A stretch of DNA of 64,000 nt from Dicyema japonicum (taxonomy: Eukaryota; Animalia; Dicyemida), in NCBI GenBank assembly GCA_011109175.1, contig RDEW01000078.1, positions 102,974 to 166,973 on the forward strand, given 5' to 3'. Under the pieces are notes generated by a model. It ran no database searches. It had not been told where the DNA came from and saw nothing but the letters and a program-made list of their open reading frames with translations. Positions 53,149-64,000 of this stretch are shown piece after piece. Numbering within the stretch: the first letter of the stretch is position 1; each line of letters begins with the position of its first letter. Position numbers and translations under genes: made by a program.

Positions 53149-53463
53149 TTTTTTAATAGCCTTTTTCACGGAGCCGTGGTATTAGCTCCGCATATATAGG
53201 ACACACTTTATTTAAGTAAAGAACAGTTAATTTTAACTAATCGTAGAACCAAGGAATGATCTTCACTTCTTTTTTCTTTTTCTTGTGTGTGGGTCCTTTC
53301 TAGACAATCCAGTTCCGTAGTGAGAGTCCACTGATGACGGCGTCACTCGTCAAGCCTTTTTAGCATCGTAGATGCGTGGAACCTTCCACCAGGTGAGCAG
53401 CGAGATTCGAACCCGTAACCTAAGTCACTTTAGCCCGACACCTAACCACTATGCTACCCGACT
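53149..53463 (-). mobile_element. tRNA-derived SINE family A, full-length copy
   Basis: Minus-strand A box TAGCATAGTGG and B box GGTTCGAATC; 16-bp TSD AGGGATTACCAACAAT (53133-53148 / 53464-53479); A-rich tail. Confidence 0.92.
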
Positions 53464-53593
53464 AGGGATTACCAACAATCTGGATCAAATTCGCTTTATT
53501 AGTTAATTTACTCGTTATAAACAAATAAAATTATATTTTAAATAAAAATATTATTTTTTTAAAAAATGAATAAATTAAAAAAATAGTTGGCGA

Positions 53594-55092
53594 ATGAATT
53601 CTCAAGCTTTGACCAACATTTCTCAAGTATTAGTATTATAAAAATAATGATTTATGGACTTCGCTACATTTCCACATATGTCATAAATATCCTGATATGC
53701 AGAATAATTTGCTTCCATGTGATCAGAAACATAACTCTTCGCTACATATTTTCGATTTTAGCAGGATTTTATCTTCTTTATGGAAGATATGGAATGTTAT
53801 TTCTCATATTAATTATTTCAGAGAAGGATTCCACGTGTTAGCTCATTCACTGATAATATATTTGATAATATTGTACATACCACACACTGGAAAGGTCTCC
53901 TGCTCACTCGTCGTATCTTTCGTATATTTGGAGGTACTACATTTCAAAACTGCGTGGGAAAATTATGAGCGTTTATCCACAGTTGGCATTGCTAAGTTTG
54001 TATTGAGAATTATTGTTAGCCCAATAATGTTTTCAACCCAAAAATTAACTGCTTTAATTATGTCATGCCACGATGGTCACAATAATGTGGAAGAAGTAAA
54101 CGAGAAATACGTTCTAAAGTCCTCATATATTGAATCGTAGAAAAACTCCATCCTTGTTACAAATCCTTGGATATATTTTCTGTTTCCATGGAGTATTCTT
54201 GGGTCCCTTCTTCCATTTCAAAGACTACGTAGAGTACTTAGAATCCAATGAGGTAGTTTGCTTATTTCATGTAAGAAACCAAAGTTTCCCATAAAAGTTA
54301 TTTTAAAGAAGTTGATTTCTTCGTTATTAATTATTCAACTATCGGGGTATTTAATAAACTACAGAACACCATGGTGGATACACGGTGTCTCTTTTTGTTA
54401 CCCCACAGAAAAGTCTAAGGAAATAAATTCCGTTGTGTCATTTTTTAGGTTTTATTTCTACGCATTTTTGTGTATCTTTGCGGTTAGAGTGAAACACTAC
54501 TTCTTCTGGGTGTTAGGTATAACATTGTCTTCAATTAAGCCGATGGACTGTTTAATTTGGCTGGATTCGGATATGACAAAAAAACCGACAAGTGGTCCAT
54601 GACGACAAACGTGGATATTCTTGGTTTTGAGGTAGTTTTGGAGTCCCATCTTAGTTTGCTTCTCACATGCAGAAGGCTGTTGCTAGTTGGAACATGACAA
54701 CAGTGAAATGGATCCGCTACATCCTCTACAGTAGAAATATTCCGTATAAACGGATCAAATTGTTTCTCTTTATGGCTGCCTGGCATGGAGTCTACCCAGG
54801 ATATTACATTTTCTTTTTAAACTTTTACATGTTTTTGCATGCAACTATTAAAGTATAACAGTGGTTTACGTGTAGATGTACAAGTTCAGCGAACGAATGA
54901 ATATCCCCCCAATGTTATCAAAAGCTGTCCAATCAGTATGGGCTCTCGTATCAATTGGGTACATCTCCATCCCATACGTCGTCCTCACATTGAATAGTAC
55001 ACTTGAAATTTATTGGTAAGGAATGTCCTTATTTTAGGTCTGTCGGCTTCTCTTTGCATTTTGTGGCTTTATTTATTATTTTAGTACTCTGA
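53594..55092 (+). CDS. MBOAT family lysophospholipid acyltransferase (MBOAT1/2, Oys-type)
   Basis: PIMFSTQKLT..HDG, GYIFCFHGVFLGP..FKDY, WNMTTVKWIR, AAWHGVYPGYYIFF (catalytic His). Start codon uncertain. Confidence 0.88.
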
Positions 55093-55199
55093 CTGGGAAT
55101 ATATTTTTGACGGGGGAATTATTTTATTTTCTTTATATTTCAATTATGTTTGTGAATAAGACTTATGTCTTACACGAAAATAAGTGGTTGTATAATGTT

Positions 55200-56100
55200 A
55201 TTGTCCAACTTCTTTTGAATTGAGCCAGTGCAATGCTCTTTCTGCCACTCACCATTGTCTAGCTACTCTTAAATCTATATTGTGGTTCCATTAACCGCTC
55301 CTGTTATCTTCTAGCTCAAAGTATTTTCGTTTGAGGTCAATTATAACTTAACCAAAATCACTCCCTTGAACATTCTTGGTCCATTAACATACTTTTAAGA
55401 GTTTTCTTGATCGTAATAGATTGAACATTTTTTACTTACAATTCCTTCAAAATCGGAATAATCCTAAGTTTTCATAATTTGCCACCACCAATCTGTGATC
55501 ACTATCTACTAGTGTCTCTATCTACTATTCAAACTTACAATTTCTTAAATTTCCTAAAAATACAACATCACTTCATCAATTTTTAGATATGGGGATCATA
55601 AACTCTTTCAAACCATATTTTTAACAACGTTCTTTATGAAGTGATATGTCTTGACGATGTTAAGGAATACTATTCGACCCTATTGAAGATTAATATGATG
55701 CAAATAATTGCATTTGTAAGGAAAGCTTTTACGTGAGTCAGCGGACTTCATAACTTTTGGGCTCAGACGATACCATGGAGCAGATTACCATCAAAATGGA
55801 GCTGTTCCCGTCTCTTTAGATTAATTTGATTAACCAATACATTCCGGCAAATGGATCATGTCCAATGTTCTACACCCCAAACCTACCCAGCCTCTTTGCA
55901 CCAAAGAACGTTCTAATACCTAAATGCCCGACACGTCGTTTGGCTTCTTTCACAGTCCTCTGACAGCCGAGGCGAGTTCATTGCAAATGGTCTCATTCCC
56001 CAATACTGCTATTGCCGATTTGGAACAGCTTATGATATTGGATTCTCCATAATAATCCTTTGTGGGGACAAACATTTGGCATACTTGCTGTAGGGTGTCA
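55200..56100 (-). mobile_element. Possible very decayed LINE endonuclease/linker remnant
   Basis: SDHRLVVA and SP.LKID-like remnants with many stops. Confidence 0.3.
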
Positions 56101-56212
56101 TCGTATTTATGATCTGATGGTTTTCTTTGTAATTAATTAACTTGCTTGTAATTTCTTTGCTTAATAATAATAACAAATAATAATAAAATATTTAAATTCT
56201 CATCTTTGTTGT

Positions 56213-56799
56213 ATGTTCAATAATATCAAAATAAACCTATCAGAAAGCTTCAAGAATTTGTAAGATTATGTAAATTCTTGGTATTAGTTCCACAACTACT
56301 CGATTACTGAAAAACGAAATAATTGGTGGTTACAAATCTCCTAGAACAGTAATTACTGATCCTAAGCCTGGTTCTATCGAGGTCTCTAACTTTCCCAAAG
56401 TAAATGAACATGTGCTTACGTTAGGACGAAGTGATTGCGGCCTCTGGCTTTGATAAGGACAAGTTTAAGTCTCGGAGTTGTGTCATTTACCAAGAAGCTA
56501 AAAATGCTATGCAAGATTCCTCTTCAAAGACACGTGTTTGGCGTGTCATTTTTGATAACAAAAACCGGTGGGAGAATCCTTTGATGGGTTGGACTTCAAG
56601 TGGGGACCCTCTCTCAAACATGGTACTGCAGTTTGACACTTCTGAATCAGCTGTGGAGTTTTGCAAGAAGAATAGTAACACGTTGATTAATTTAGGCTGG
56701 AGTTATTCTGTAAGAAAGTCCAACAATCCAGTCTTCAATATAAAAACTTATGCCCAGAACTTTTCGTGGGACAAAAATACTCGTGTCTCTACTAAATAG
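56213..56799 (+). CDS. NDUFS4: NADH dehydrogenase (complex I) subunit NDUFS4
   Basis: AKNAMQ, RWENPLMGWTSSGDPLSNMVL.F, NFSWDKNTRVSTK; tiny introns including 56675-56695. Confidence 0.96.
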
Positions 56800-57444
56800 T
56801 CCTAATTTATTACACTAACCACCATAATTTTTGTTTTATTTGATAGTTGTTGATAAATCTAAGGTTAAGTAACATAGAAGGTAATGGTCACTCACATAAC
56901 TTGGAATGTGTTTTTTAAAGTTTTTTGGTTTGGCATGTTTTTACGAAGGTTTTCCCTATATTCGACCACTCTATCTTATATCAAGGGGATGTTTTATCTC
57001 CATTCCTTCACTTTCAAAATCAAAATGTAATACATGAGGAAAAACAATGAATTGGGTTTTATATTTTTAGAGAATTATGATTGACCAAGTCAAATTTGTG
57101 GATGTGAAATTTAACATCATTAAATGCCCATACATCTCCAAATAATTGTTCAAGATGCCGGTAAACATATAGAACGAACTGGAAATAACTGAGTTATATG
57201 TGCTCACGTGCATAATATTATTCCACATTGTAAAAATAAGATATTGTTTCAAGAATGTGGATATAATAATTGTCTTTTTGAGAAATTATAAAAAAGAAAT
57301 TTTTTATGTGTTATTCGTCTGTATTGCTGCTAGTTAAGTATGTTGACTTGAAACAGTATGACGTAGCTATAATGTGGATTATTTCCTCAAGGTAAATAAC
57401 CTTCGTCTCTATTTTAAAGAACTCAGGTTGACATTGAATAATAA

Positions 57445-57765
57445 TGATAATAATGCTGCACTTTACGAAGAGCCATGTTAGCTATAGCCAAGGCAAGACA
57501 CACACTTTAGTTTAAGAAAGAACAGTTATCATAACTACTCGATGAAATAGAACCAAGGAATGCTCTTCACTTCTTTTTTCTTTTTGTTGGGTGTGAGTCC
57601 TTTTGTAGACAATCCGTTTCCGCAGTGAGATATTCACTGTTGACGGCGTCACTCGTCAAACCAAAGCATTGTAGATGCGTGGAACATTCAGCCGGAATGT
57701 ACAGCAACGAGATTCGATCTAGGGGCCATCAGCTTTTTGCCCCGCACTTGTTACACTTTATTATT
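57445..57765 (-). mobile_element. tRNA-SINE family A copy
   Basis: Long match to 53149-53463 (AGAACCAAGGAATG.TCTTCACTTC, GACGGCGTCACTCGTCAA, GTAGATGCGTGGAAC, GAGATTCGA). Confidence 0.85.
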
Positions 57766-58207
57766 GACGACGAAACATAGAATCACATAAGCCATAATTA
57801 TAAACGTACCTCCACTGATAATAACGTTATGTTACTGCAGGGATGCATGAGATTTGTCATGTCATTGAGGAATTGTAGGTTTCCCATGAAAAGGTGATCT
57901 TCCATTGAAATTTCAGTCTTAAGATTAGAGAAGTAACTCAGAAAAGGATTTTATTCGATTGATCAAGTTATCTTCTGCCTAATGAGCAGAATTTTTTCTG
58001 TTTCAAGATTCCTCATGTGACAGAATTGAATGTATCAACACTACCGATATTAAATTGTTAGCCTGAGGTTAATAAATAAGATATTCAAATATTTAGAAGA
58101 GTCAGAGCCACAAAGGAATCGTCTGTTAAAATTACCAATATTAAAATATTTAGAAATATAAAAATGTATTTATTTAAAATTATAATTATTTAAATATTAT
58201 TAGTTAA

Positions 58208-60708
58208 ATGAGCAAACTTTTTATTCTGATATGCGACAATGACTGTAAAACTGATAGAATATCTAAAATGGATATATCTTCATGTATTTTGAGGACTGGA
58301 GTCCGGTATCTTTATAATAGCCTACGTAAGAAGAATTCCTTCCAATGGGGTTATTCTTTCTTGGGTGATTCCCCACCTACAAACTGGTTAGACTTTAATA
58401 TTCAAAATTATGATAAATTTCACAACAAATTGTGCAATCACCCAAAATCCCAATCGACAGCCCAAATTCTCTCAAAGTCACTTAAGGACCTCATTTCGGC
58501 CTCTCTCTGGGAGTCCCCTACCCTCATGTCACCCATTGGAAAGTTCTCCAGGACACCTTCTAAATTTTCCAAACTTCCATCTGGTTATATAAAGCACGTT
58601 ATTGTGATTGGAAGAATTCCTGAGGAGAACTCTGAAATTGCAGACTTTTTTGAAATATCCTTTGAAGATGCCGGAAATGTTGTCAGAAAGGCTGGAAATT
58701 TGATTTTCCGTGAAAATATTTGCAAGATTCTGAAGAACAAGAAGATTGATTTGTTTTGGCTTAAATTTGGAAGTACTGGGAGGATAACAAACGTAATTGA
58801 CTCTGTCTTGGGTAAAGTTAATGGTAAAGTAATGAATATTTGCGACTTTATTGACTTTCCTTCTTCCTTGTGTGGATTCTCCAGTTTTGTTTATGAATCT
58901 TTCTACAAAAAAACAAGAAAGTCTCCAAAATCTTTCATATCTGTTCTTAAATTTTTTGGGAGTGACAAAACCGCTTGGTTACTTGAATTACATCCACTAA
59001 AAGACTTTATGGAGTTAAATGAGTTAATAGTTATAGCCCACGTGGATAGAAAAGTCAGTCTTGTCCATTTTATTGATAAATTTTCAAATTATCTATTCTT
59101 AGCTCATGTTAATATTGTATTATCAATTATTTTATTATAGAATGTTGATGAATCAGCTACCCACGTGGATAGATATCACAGAGAGTCTAATAATTTGGTA
59201 GGGTGTGTGTAATGTATTAGATATTACTCTGTGATGGGAAATTATGGATACTTTGTTGGCAGGACAAAATAATGAACTATGCCTTCATTTACTCCCTCAG
59301 ACTGTCCTCTCATTTCCTTAGTGATGATGAGTCTGGTACCACTTTTAGACATGATTACATTGAGCCTATGTACAATAACATGACTAATGACTGCTTTCAA
59401 TATTTTGAGGATGATCTGTGGATTGAGGACATTATTATGTCTGAGGATGACGATTTCTATAACATTGAAGAGACTGTAATACCAACCACTGATAAAATAG
59501 ACTGTTTGGTGGTGTTTTATTTGACAGTTACTGGGATGGAAGGGGACTGGTTCCTACTGTGGCAGGGGAAGTGATCTCAGAATGGAGGAGACATAGTTAC
59601 GTTGAGTTGTTGGATAGACTAAAAAGTGCTGCCAAAATGTATTGGGTTGGTGGAAATGTAAGGTTTTTTGATAATTTAGTGGGAACACAATTTGGGAGTA
59701 TTCATAGGGGGTAACCTTGTTCTGGAATTCAATAGCCTCAAGGATCAACTGTTCATAGGAGTAATTGATGCTGATGAGTAGTCTTTGCTGTTATTTAGAT
59801 TTATGTTTCAACTGCTCCTTCATTTTGAGGCTAAGGTACTCCAGATTGGGGGTTATGAACCGTTTACAGTCGACGAGGTCGTATTATACGATAGTTTAGA
59901 TTGATTCAGTTTTGGGGGCAATTTCTTTAAAGTTTGGACCTCCCACAGTGGCTAAGTTTATTAAGATTTTGTATGAAATGTATGGATTTTCTTTATTTTA
60001 GGTATTACGATGCCCTTCCTGACGTTGTTGAGAGGATATACGATTTTTTGATGGTGGATCTGCCTGATAGGTCACTTGAGGATATACATGACAATATGTT
60101 TGATGAAAAACTGATGTCTCCATTTCCCTCACTTGATAATACTAGCACATATTCCCAAATGTTATGTTTATGTTAATTTTAGGTCTCCTCGTTCACGAAT
60201 GTCCGCCCAGGCTGGTTGCAAACTCGACAAGGTACCAAAAATATGCATTCCATACTGTAATGAATACTCATGCGAGGCTAATATGGGTCGGCTGGATTTA
60301 TAATTAATAGATCCTGTTATTGAACGGATGAGGGATGAAACTTACTTTGGAGGGAAAAAGAGACCATCTAATGTAGGAGAGAGTTCTCAGTTATCAGAAT
60401 CTGAAAGATCGCGTGTTAAACGAAGGAGAATTATGAAAATTGTGGAGGAGACCCCTGAAAAGTACCAGGGAATGTCGGTGTTCCAAATTAGAAAGAGATA
60501 TGACTCTGACGAAGTTGTATGTGAGACACCTCCGAAGGAAGGGATGTCTGTGTTGGGAGAATTTGAAAACTATAATAATTCGTTTTATGGAGGGAATGCA
60601 ATCTCAAGGATTCTTAAAAAGTCAGAAGAGACTCAAAAAATGTCTGTTGTGAATCCAAGTCCTAGAAAAGTTAGCAGAAGTCTGTTTGAAGAATTCTTTG
60701 AGGATTGA
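58208..60708 (+). CDS. TICRR: Treslin (Sld3 homolog), shortened
   Basis: N-terminal FQWGYSF..DF and LKDLISASLWESPTLMSP (cf. LLDYQWDRPEITSP), central LPDVVERIYDFL, C-terminal IVEETPEK and CETPPK CDK sites. Confidence 0.78.
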
Positions 60709-60799
60709 ATTATTTATATTTAAATTAACCTTTTGTTACCTTATGATGTTTATGAAATATTAAGATCACCACATTATTCAAATTAACACCTAACACTTT

Positions 60800-61040
60800 T
60801 GGTGGTAATCCGACCATAGAGACTGTCACATTTAAGGGTGGACTTGGGTGTACCAGCAAATCGTGTGATAGGGAAATATTTCATGTAAAAGGAAGATTAT
60901 TCTAAGGAAGACCCAGGACAACTCTACCTTCCACGTTAAATGAAGAATTAAAAGCGTCGACTGAAAACGGCCGACAATCTCGATGAATTAAGAGAACTTG
61001 CAAAAAGGATGAGGCTGGTGGTACAAAGGGGGGGACAAGG
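60800..61040 (+). mobile_element. RTE 3' fragment
   Basis: GRPRTTLPSTLNEEL motif. Confidence 0.55.
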
Positions 61041-61199
61041 TAACTTGAATTGACTTTTTGTTTTTTATTTGTCATCGGCAGTGTCGATAATAATAGTTAC
61101 TTTATATTATAGCACTCCTGCCGATTTCTTTAATTATACCGTCATTGATTTTTCACACATCAAAAAAGCCTGAAACCGTCACCAATCCCAAGGATTATG

Positions 61200-61800
61200 C
61201 TCGGACGACACCTTTTCTGGTTTGATGGAATCTGATCCTGACTGGGGACGTCAAAATAGATCCATGGCCCCATGCTGGTATAACCTTTTACCAGAGGATA
61301 ACTTACAACATCGAATTCGATAATTCCACTTACTAAATACCACAATCTTATATATGGGAGATAGAAACTCCGTAGTATGCTCAATCCACTTACAAAGACG
61401 TTTGACTCAGTCCCAAGAAAGATAGTAAAAAAAAGATCTTTGATGTCCTAACTAAGTCTGAGTGAGATGAATTGCAAAATTCCTTAACGAAAAAGAGCTT
61501 TATCAAATCCTGCTAAGTCTATATAATTCCTGACAAAATTATGTCCCATAAAGATCTTTTTGTCGCCGATCCTGTTTAACTTATTCTTGATCGATTTGCT
61601 CATCGATTTATCACCGAATCCAGAGAAGACACTTTAATCTTAACCTATTCTGACGACAATAAATTAACTTCTAAAGATCGGCGTATCCAGAACCTGAAAA
61701 ACGTTTAAAATCTGCTCGATGGGATCAATCGTTTGATTAGGTTTGGTAAAAAGTAATTCACTATGCTATTCATGTCAAACAGGAAATTGACGAATTCTAC
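61200..61800 (-). mobile_element. Possible decayed LINE RT remnant
   Basis: IDL.GFDK and HGSIL-like remnants on the minus strand with many stops. Confidence 0.3.
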
Positions 61801-61955
61801 CCCTTCCCAATGGGAAATAAATATTCTACTCTCCAATGACTAAATATGTAGAAAGTATACTCTTGCCAAAGAAAATTCTTGTGATCTGAAATGTCTGAGT
61901 GTTGTTGTGAAGAGGCCTGATAAAATAATCATTTTTATTAATAAAATCCCAATAA

Positions 61956-64000
61956 TTATACCCTATATATTAAATATTTTTGGAGGTTGTGTTCATTTTG
62001 TTTGACAAAAAAAATAGCATATAACTTAGTTCCAGTGATAAAGAAGAGACTGAATGATCCGTGAATTGTAATGATGAGATAGTCAATAAAGACAGCATAG
62101 ATTGGATCTGATTTACCAAGACTGGGAATATACATGAGCCATATTACGAAGATTAGTATAATCAATCCAATAATGGCTTTAGCCTCACTATAATTTTTGT
62201 TGCTCTTTCGTTTAGAATATGATATAAACCCAATGACAAAAATAGGCCACAGTGTCGAAAAAACAAGTATAGGTAATCTAAATTTACCTTTGAGACACAG
62301 AGGATATTTTTGTTTGGTATTACCAATAATTTTAATATAATACTGTATTTGGCTATTGTAAGTGATACCATAATTGATTATAACCTTTGAATTTTAAATA
62401 TTATATTACCTGAATGAATATTAAAAGAAATGTGAAAATAAAAGTAAAATAAAAGTCTTTTCTTATTGCTAACTTATTTTCCTCGGGAGTCAGGATTTGA
62501 ATAGGCATTTTATTTCTGTAAATTTTGATGATTCTAACAAGAAGTGACAAATAAATTATTGAGACTGAAATACTCGGAAGAAAAAAGTACATCTAATTAC
62601 AGCATAAATCATACCCAACATAAATTATCAACATAATATAGAAATGTGAATAAACCAGAGAAATATGTAATATATTTTGATGTCAATAAATTTATGTGGA
62701 CTGACAAATCTGTGTAGACAAACAAATCACAATTTATTTTATACATGAAAATTATTGTAAATATAAAAATCACAACAATATCCGCTGTCATTACATACAA
62801 TATTATTATTTTAACATTTTTTTCAAGAATGTAGGTTGTCGGCTGGATTTTTAACACACCTACATTAAAATAATAATTACTGATTTAAATATTTACTAAG
62901 AGGAATCATTTCCGATGGACATTTTATACAACTTTTTGTTTTATCGTCCAAATATTCAAAATTGTCACATTTTTTACAAAGAAAACACGAAGCCGAAACA
63001 AGTAACTTTTTATATCCATAATCACAATCTTTTTTACCTCCTGATATTTTTTTAGTCCATCCAATTTCAAATAAATCGTACACAGCTTGATTTTCAGATT
63101 TACCCTGAGGAAGATGATTTTCTGTGGATTATTTATTTTTCCGTTATTTAAAAAAGTAAAATGTGGATTTATTCTATTTGCTCCTTTCATCATTTCTGCC
63201 GTAATATTTGAACAAGTTGAATTATTAAAACACCGTTCATGTAAATCAGCTACAAGAATGATAGCCGTAGCCAAGTTCAACTCGTAAATATCATTATCAG
63301 CTTTGTTCAAAATTTTGATATATTTATTCATTTTTTGATACTCAAAATTTGGGAAGTTATTTGAAATAATGTACAAGTTCGGAATATTAGGAAAATGTTT
63401 TTTTCTTAAAATGTCCAATGGGAATAGCGACAATAATATTTTCAAACACTTTATCTTTAAAATGATTCAAGACTTTGATGACATATCTCTGACTTCCAAT
63501 TATAATAGTATTCTCATCACTACTTATATTCATTTTTTTTGCTACACACATGTTTCTATTATTTAATTTTCTAATAAAATCATTTAATTCATTCTGATTA
63601 ACTCTATTCGCAAATAATCTGACTATATTTCCATTAATTGGTTTGAAGAGTATTTCGAGAGATTCTATCAATTTTTCTGTAAACACAAAATATGACAATT
63701 TTAATCTGAATTTTGATTCATCACTTTCATAATCAAAAAGTCGGTCAAATTTTGTAGTTTTTATTTCAATGCCATAATCAAACATCTGAATAACAAAATT
63801 GATTAAAGTTCTGGTACAACTTTTAATTTGCAATATATCTTGATTTTGTGAATATTTAGTATCCAACTCTGTGTTAACATATTCCTTAATCTCTGATCTA
63901 ACAATTGATCCATTGTAATCATATATTATCTCGAAACTCAATTTAAGTGAATAATCACTAACTATATTATCTATTAATTTCTTAAATATACTTCTTCCAT
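61956..64000 (-). CDS. Divergent class C GPCR (mGluR-like architecture); 5' end outside window
   Basis: Long extracellular region, cysteine-rich domain C..SC.LC..C..EYLD..C.KC..P..NQC, seven hydrophobic segments with LLVRIIKIYR (TM3) and NEAKAI..IWL..P..KLYAIFF (cf. FNEAK..IWLAF..PKVYII). Confidence 0.8.

Noticed and set aside
53330-53360. Hammerhead ribozyme at CTGATGA in SINE-A
   Set aside because: No downstream GAAA core or stem I/III pairing, and the motif is on the antisense strand of the SINE.
53395-53463. Functional tRNA gene
   Set aside because: A and B boxes are present but I could not fold a full cloverleaf. It runs into a repeated body with an A tail and a 16-bp TSD, so it is a SINE head.
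59037-59173. 14-bp direct repeat CCCACGTGGATAGA as a TSD inside TICRR
   Set aside because: The enclosed sequence reads as exon plus a short intron with no tail or TE signature; counted only under the CACGTG excess.

Overview
AT-rich animal genomic DNA, not prokaryotic. Compact host genes are broken by very small GT-AG introns (21-27 nt wherever I could splice them) and separated by dense retrotransposon and DNA-transposon debris. Metazoan markers (Inscuteable, class C GPCR, NDUFS4 ending RVSTK, Sec61a with intron positions matching my recollection of the vertebrate gene) plus ~23-nt introns best fit a dicyemid mesozoan. This is inference, not a database match. Recognised genes: a divergent DHX15/Prp43-like helicase, RRP9, PLAA, WDR6, a ZIP transporter, SEC61A, INSC, REC8, an MBOAT1/2-type acyltransferase, NDUFS4, TICRR/Treslin, a divergent class C GPCR and probably a very divergent iGluR-like gene. 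Mobile DNA: CRE-like RLE retroelements, RTE LINEs, a second APE-type LINE family (one near-intact copy carries a 2A StopGo peptide), an IR-DR Tc1 element, a tRNA-derived SINE family and a non-tRNA ~340-bp SINE-like family. Most interesting: a strong excess of CACGTG including a ~60-bp-periodic motif/spacer array at 26.35-26.78 kb, the 2A-LINE, an HDV-ribozyme-like fold in the non-tRNA SINE, two SINE/LINE tail partnerships, and a 4x17-aa SSPKR repeat in REC8. Caveats: many frameshifts, even in essential genes, fall in homopolymers, and three single-N joins flank duplications, so the assembly is error-prone. Boundaries of decayed elements are approximate and all identifications are by eye.
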